From the human T2T-CHM13v2.0 reference genome, Homo sapiens, in assembly GCF_009914755.1 (NCBI RefSeq), contig NC_060926.1: 64,000 nt of DNA. One strand, written 5' to 3'. The notes below the pieces were generated by a model that saw only the letters and a list, made by a program, of their open reading frames with translations, ran no database searches and was not told the DNA's origin. Each line of letters opens with the position of its first letter. Position 1 is the first letter of the stretch. Positions 60,015 through 64,000 of the stretch are shown here, piece after piece. The position numbers and the translations under genes are program-made.

Positions 60015-62094
60015 GAATTATTTTTAATGGAAGAAAGTCAACTGAAATAAATGGAGCTACTCCAAGGTGTTGTAAAACCTGGGAGAGGATCACTGATCTA
60101 TTAAAAACAACAAAAAAAAGCCTGGTTGCGATGAAAGCTCCTTCATATTCACTGTCAGGTCTTACGTTAGAATGATTGCTGACAATGTCTTAAAGAATAT
60201 GATTTATATGCATTTATGATGGTTTTCTTCAATATAGGTTTTAATATTTCTTTGTAGAAGGAAAGACTTAAAGAGGCAATCTAAAAGGAAGGAGTGGCTA
60301 AAGAACTTCTTTTGCAGCTGACTTTGCACAGCGTGTCCACTATTTCTACTCAGAGTGTATATTTATTTGGTCCAGTTTACAGGAGGGAGTAGTTGAGGAT
60401 TAAGAGATTTGTCTTGCAGCCTCCTTAACAAGCAAGCTACTTTTTGTACTTATATATTTATTTTGGGTGGTTTCATCATGGCTGATGGAGATTATTGGGG
60501 TTCAAGACCACTTGTTGTCATGTAAACATCATCCATGGGCTACATTTTGTCTTATTTAACACTTTTCTTTCTTCCTTGGACTTAGGATTCCTAACAGTTA
60601 TTCTTTCACCGCTCATTCTTGAAAGTCTTCACTCTACTTGTCTGGAAGAGCCTGATTTCCTGACTTGGCTAGGAAGTTAATTTGGAGCACCTGTGATTCC
60701 CACCTCCCCCAACCACTCCCTAAGCCAGAGCTGGTCCTAATTATTTTGCTTCCAATCATGGCTGAGTAACTTGACCACAACTCCTAGCATTCCCTCCTGG
60801 ACTTAGCCACAGCAGATCATCAGCCAGAGTTTAAGATGTTTCTCCTCCCTCCTCTGTGACCCACATGTGTATTAGCTATTCTTTATATCTAATTTATGAA
60901 TTGTTTGTGATTTTATTTTATCCATTTTTTTCTGAAATGCTTATTCTTGTCAGTCTTTATAAGTGATATGTTGAAGCCAAGAGCCCTATCTGTGTAACTT
61001 CTTGGTTTAGCTGGGAACGCAGAGGGCTACAGGGCTCAACAAACGCCTTGGAATAAAGTGAAGGGGTATTTTTCAACTCTGCATTTTCTGGTCTTGTATT
61101 AGAACCTAAATAAAGTGTTTCCAGGTTACCTAGGGACTAAGTATATATCACTAGCTTACTAAGCATTTATTTATTTAAAAATTCACTTTTTTTGAGGCAA
61201 CAATAATTGGAGAATATGTTTCCAACATGCAAAATAAGTTGTATCTTTCCGTAAGCAAGTTTATAATTGGGCTCCTGCAGCCACGCAGCTTTGCATATGG
61301 TACTTACGAGTCAATTAAAGCACCCTAACAAGCAATTATGGTTTTATTGTTTAATTCAATTTCCACAACTCATGCTGTTCCCACTCAAAAGTTGCATATA
61401 TGTCAGCATGTAATCATAAGTACACACTTTCCTCAAACATTGGTTTTGAAGAATGGGGCCTCCAGATATTGTGCTCCCACAAACTGAGTGCAGCACAGGG
61501 AGAAATCAAATGCAAGGGGAGAAGGAAAGCAATTGGGATATGGCAAGAACTAGCTTTAACTTCCAGATAGATTTCTTTGTATAATAGCAAGTAAAAGATC
61601 TCTTCTACTTACAGATGTCACAGTAATGAGATTGCTAGAACATCCTCTGGGAGGATATGAATATGTAGAGTGGTTGGTTTGTGAAGCTCTAGTATTAAAG
61701 TCAGGGGGAAGAGCTGGAGTTTGATGCTCTAATGAGGAATTTGGCCAGGGTGACCTGTCTCTATGCCTGGAAAATGCTAATGCTAGCTGTCCACCTTCCC
61801 TGTTCCTCCTGTGCTACTAGGGCTCTTGCCCTGCTCCACACCAGCTCTCTACCTGGTGAGAAGATGAAAGCAATTCATCCTCTTCCCTGCGGCCCAAATA
61901 ATAGATGCACAGGTAAATTGGGAAGACTCTGTTGCAAACAACTTCCCATTGACAATACCAATGCATGTCCTAACTCTGGTAGTTCTTTGCTCTTAAGCTT
62001 CAGGTGGAATATGGGAGTGACCCAGGGCTGCCATTGCTTCTGGTAGACAGTTTAGAGCACGTGTGTCCATTGTAGAGTCAACAAAACACATTTG

Positions 62095-62317
62095 GGCCAG
62101 GCACAGTGGCTCACACCTGTAAAGCTAACACTTTTGGAGGCCAAGGTGAGAGGATCACTTGAGACCAGAAGTTTGAGACCAGCCTGGGCAAAAAAGCGAT
62201 AACTCATCTCTACAAAAAATAGAAAAAAAAAAAAAAATAGCCACGCATGGTGGTACACAAATCTAGTTCCAGCTACTCATTGGGAGAATTGCTTGAGCCT
62301 GGGAGGTCAAGAATGCA
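62095..62317 (+). mobile_element. AluJ-like, 3' end missing
   Basis: ggccaggcacagtggctcacacctgtaa...aggatcacttgag...agcctgggcaa, expanded A linker and partial right arm. Confidence 0.85.
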
Positions 62318-62499
62318 TTTGTTTAAAAGACAGCATAGAGTTAGTCTTCTTTTCCAGGACATAGGACTCTCTCTTCCTTCTAGCTGTTCCCACTCCCTTC
62401 TCAATACTAGTATTCCTCTGAAAATGTTTTTATCTTCATTTATTCATAAGCTAACAATTGAACTGCAATAGTTGGATGAATGGAAGTGACTTTATAGAA

Positions 62500-62678
62500 G
62501 CAGAGGGACAGATGGAAAGGGATGTGAAGACACTCCCCTGCTGGCTTTGAAGAGGGAGGAAGGGGTTATGTGTGAGGGGTATAGGCAGCCTCTGGAAGCT
62601 GAAAAGGGTGAGATAACAGATTCTTTCCTAGAGCCTCAAGAAGGAACCCGACCCACTGCCACCTTGGCATTAGCCTGG
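62500..62678 (+). mobile_element. MLT1D-like fragment, cut by the LTR18 insertion
   Basis: ctgctggctttgaaga...ggcagcctctggaagctg...cagattctttcctagagcctc...caccttggcattagcc. Confidence 0.75.
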
Positions 62679-63054
62679 TGTAAGGAAAGTGCATGTGCTG
62701 TGGTCAAGAATAAGCCAAGGCAGACATCCAGTCCAGCATGACTCAGTGAATTTGGAACGCAGGCATACAACTCCACACATTATGTAACCACACCACATGA
62801 GGTGCATTAGGTGATCACCCACATGAGCTCGTGCTTGGCTTAGAGCCACTATTGTCTGTAAAAGGTATAATTACCCTGCTAACACTGTACATATGGCTTG
62901 TGCCCATGGCTTGTGCCACGGTGTGTACCCAGGCTCACTCACACCCAGAGAGAGAGTAAAACCATGTCAAAACTGTCTACAATTCCTTGAGTGTTTTTCC
63001 AACTACCTGACACTCACCCTTTGACTCCCCTCAGAACTCAGTTAGAACCTGACA
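62679..63054 (+). mobile_element. LTR18-type 5' LTR (HERV-S/HERVL18)
   Basis: TG...CA termini (tgtaaggaaa...aacctgaca), tggtcaagaataagccaaggcagacatcc motif and agtaaa poly(A)-like signal, followed directly by a PBS. Confidence 0.82.
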
Positions 63055-64000
63055 ATTGGTGTCACAAACAGGATTTCAGAGTGAGTGAGCCTTCAGTCCC
63101 CACCGATTCTGGGTCAGCCATGTGGCTGCAACATGGATTGTGGTACCCGGTGGCAGCCGTATTGCTCAGATGGGCTCTGGTAGAAACCTGGGTGGCAGTA
63201 GATGAGTCCCCTGCAAGCAGGGAAAGGCACTGAAGCAGCTAGAAGCACAGAGCACCAAGAAAGAATGAACCTTTGCCAGCAGAGTTGGATGGGCATTTTT
63301 GACCACGCTATGAGAAGTACACACCCAGTCCCTGAGGGATGCTGCAGAGGTGAGGACCCTCCAGACGCAGGCAGGTCACCTGGATGCCTGGCTACATATT
63401 TCAGAAAAAGAGTTAGAAGCTTCTGTGAATGGGGACCTCCAGGTGCAGGTGGGGTGCCTAGAGGCCCGGCTTCAGAGCTTGGAAAAAGAATTAGAGGCTG
63501 CTGTGAATGCAGGCCTGGAGGTCATCAGCAGTACCAAGGGGTCCATGCTGTAAAGAAGGCAAAGATGCCCCACCTGCGGGGGCCTCCCCAGTGAGAGAAA
63601 ATGGGGCCTCAATGAGTGACACACTCACAGATGCAGATAGATTTGATTTTAGCTTGGGCTGACTGAGAGAAAATCGATAAGCAGCCCAATGAAGTACTCT
63701 TAACTTTGTGGAGACAGTTGTCTTTGGAACACCAATTCCAGAAAATGCCCAAGTAGGGGAAGGACATTGCTGTGTGACCCAGTCCCACCCAGGGACTTCA
63801 GCTCAAAGACTACGTGCTGCAGCCAGGCTGGGGTGTAAAGCCTTTTCTGTTTGATGAGGGAACTGGCCAAGGTGCTTGGCCACTGGACGACTGGAGGCCA
63901 CATGTGAAATGAGCGATCCACTGGTCCCCCACCAACGTACGGCAAGTGCTGGCGCTGGTAGACATCAATGCAGATATATTCTGGGGGTGGATGTTTTACA
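63055..64000 (+). mobile_element. HERV-S/HERVL18 internal region (decayed gag and start of protease), runs off the window
   Basis: Gag-like MWLQHGLWYPVAAVLLRW, a coiled-coil segment, and protease-like IHWSPTNVRQVLALVDINAD at about 63916-63975. Confidence 0.75.
63057..63074 (+). other. Primer-binding site for tRNA-Ser
   Basis: tggtgtcacaaacaggat versus TGGCGTCACGAACAGGAT (complement of the recalled tRNA-Ser(CGA) 3' end). Both mismatches are CpG transitions. Confidence 0.8.

Overview
This is primate (most likely human or ape) AT-rich intergenic or deep-intronic DNA dominated by transposable elements. I find no host protein-coding gene, RNA gene, CRISPR array or prokaryotic system, and every long ORF in the track maps to a transposon. 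Main elements: (1) a complete THE1 (MaLR) provirus at 10616-14940 with a nested Alu and a solo LTR12C; (2) a solo THE1 LTR; (3) old L1M, L2, MIR, MLT1 and HAL1-like fragments; (4) hAT MITEs (MER58A, MER20, MER1B, MER30); (5) a full-length but dead L1PA5/6-like element at about 42198-48362; (6) the 5' end of an LTR18/HERV-S provirus at the right edge. The best-supported unusual event is an L1PA3-like 3' transduction at 54279-56059, where a truncated L1, about 330 bp of MER4-type LTR and a second poly(A) tail all sit inside one 10-bp target-site duplication. Repeat subfamily names come from recalled consensus sequences, not alignments, and boundaries without a TSD are approximate. I see no evidence of a wholly new biological system.
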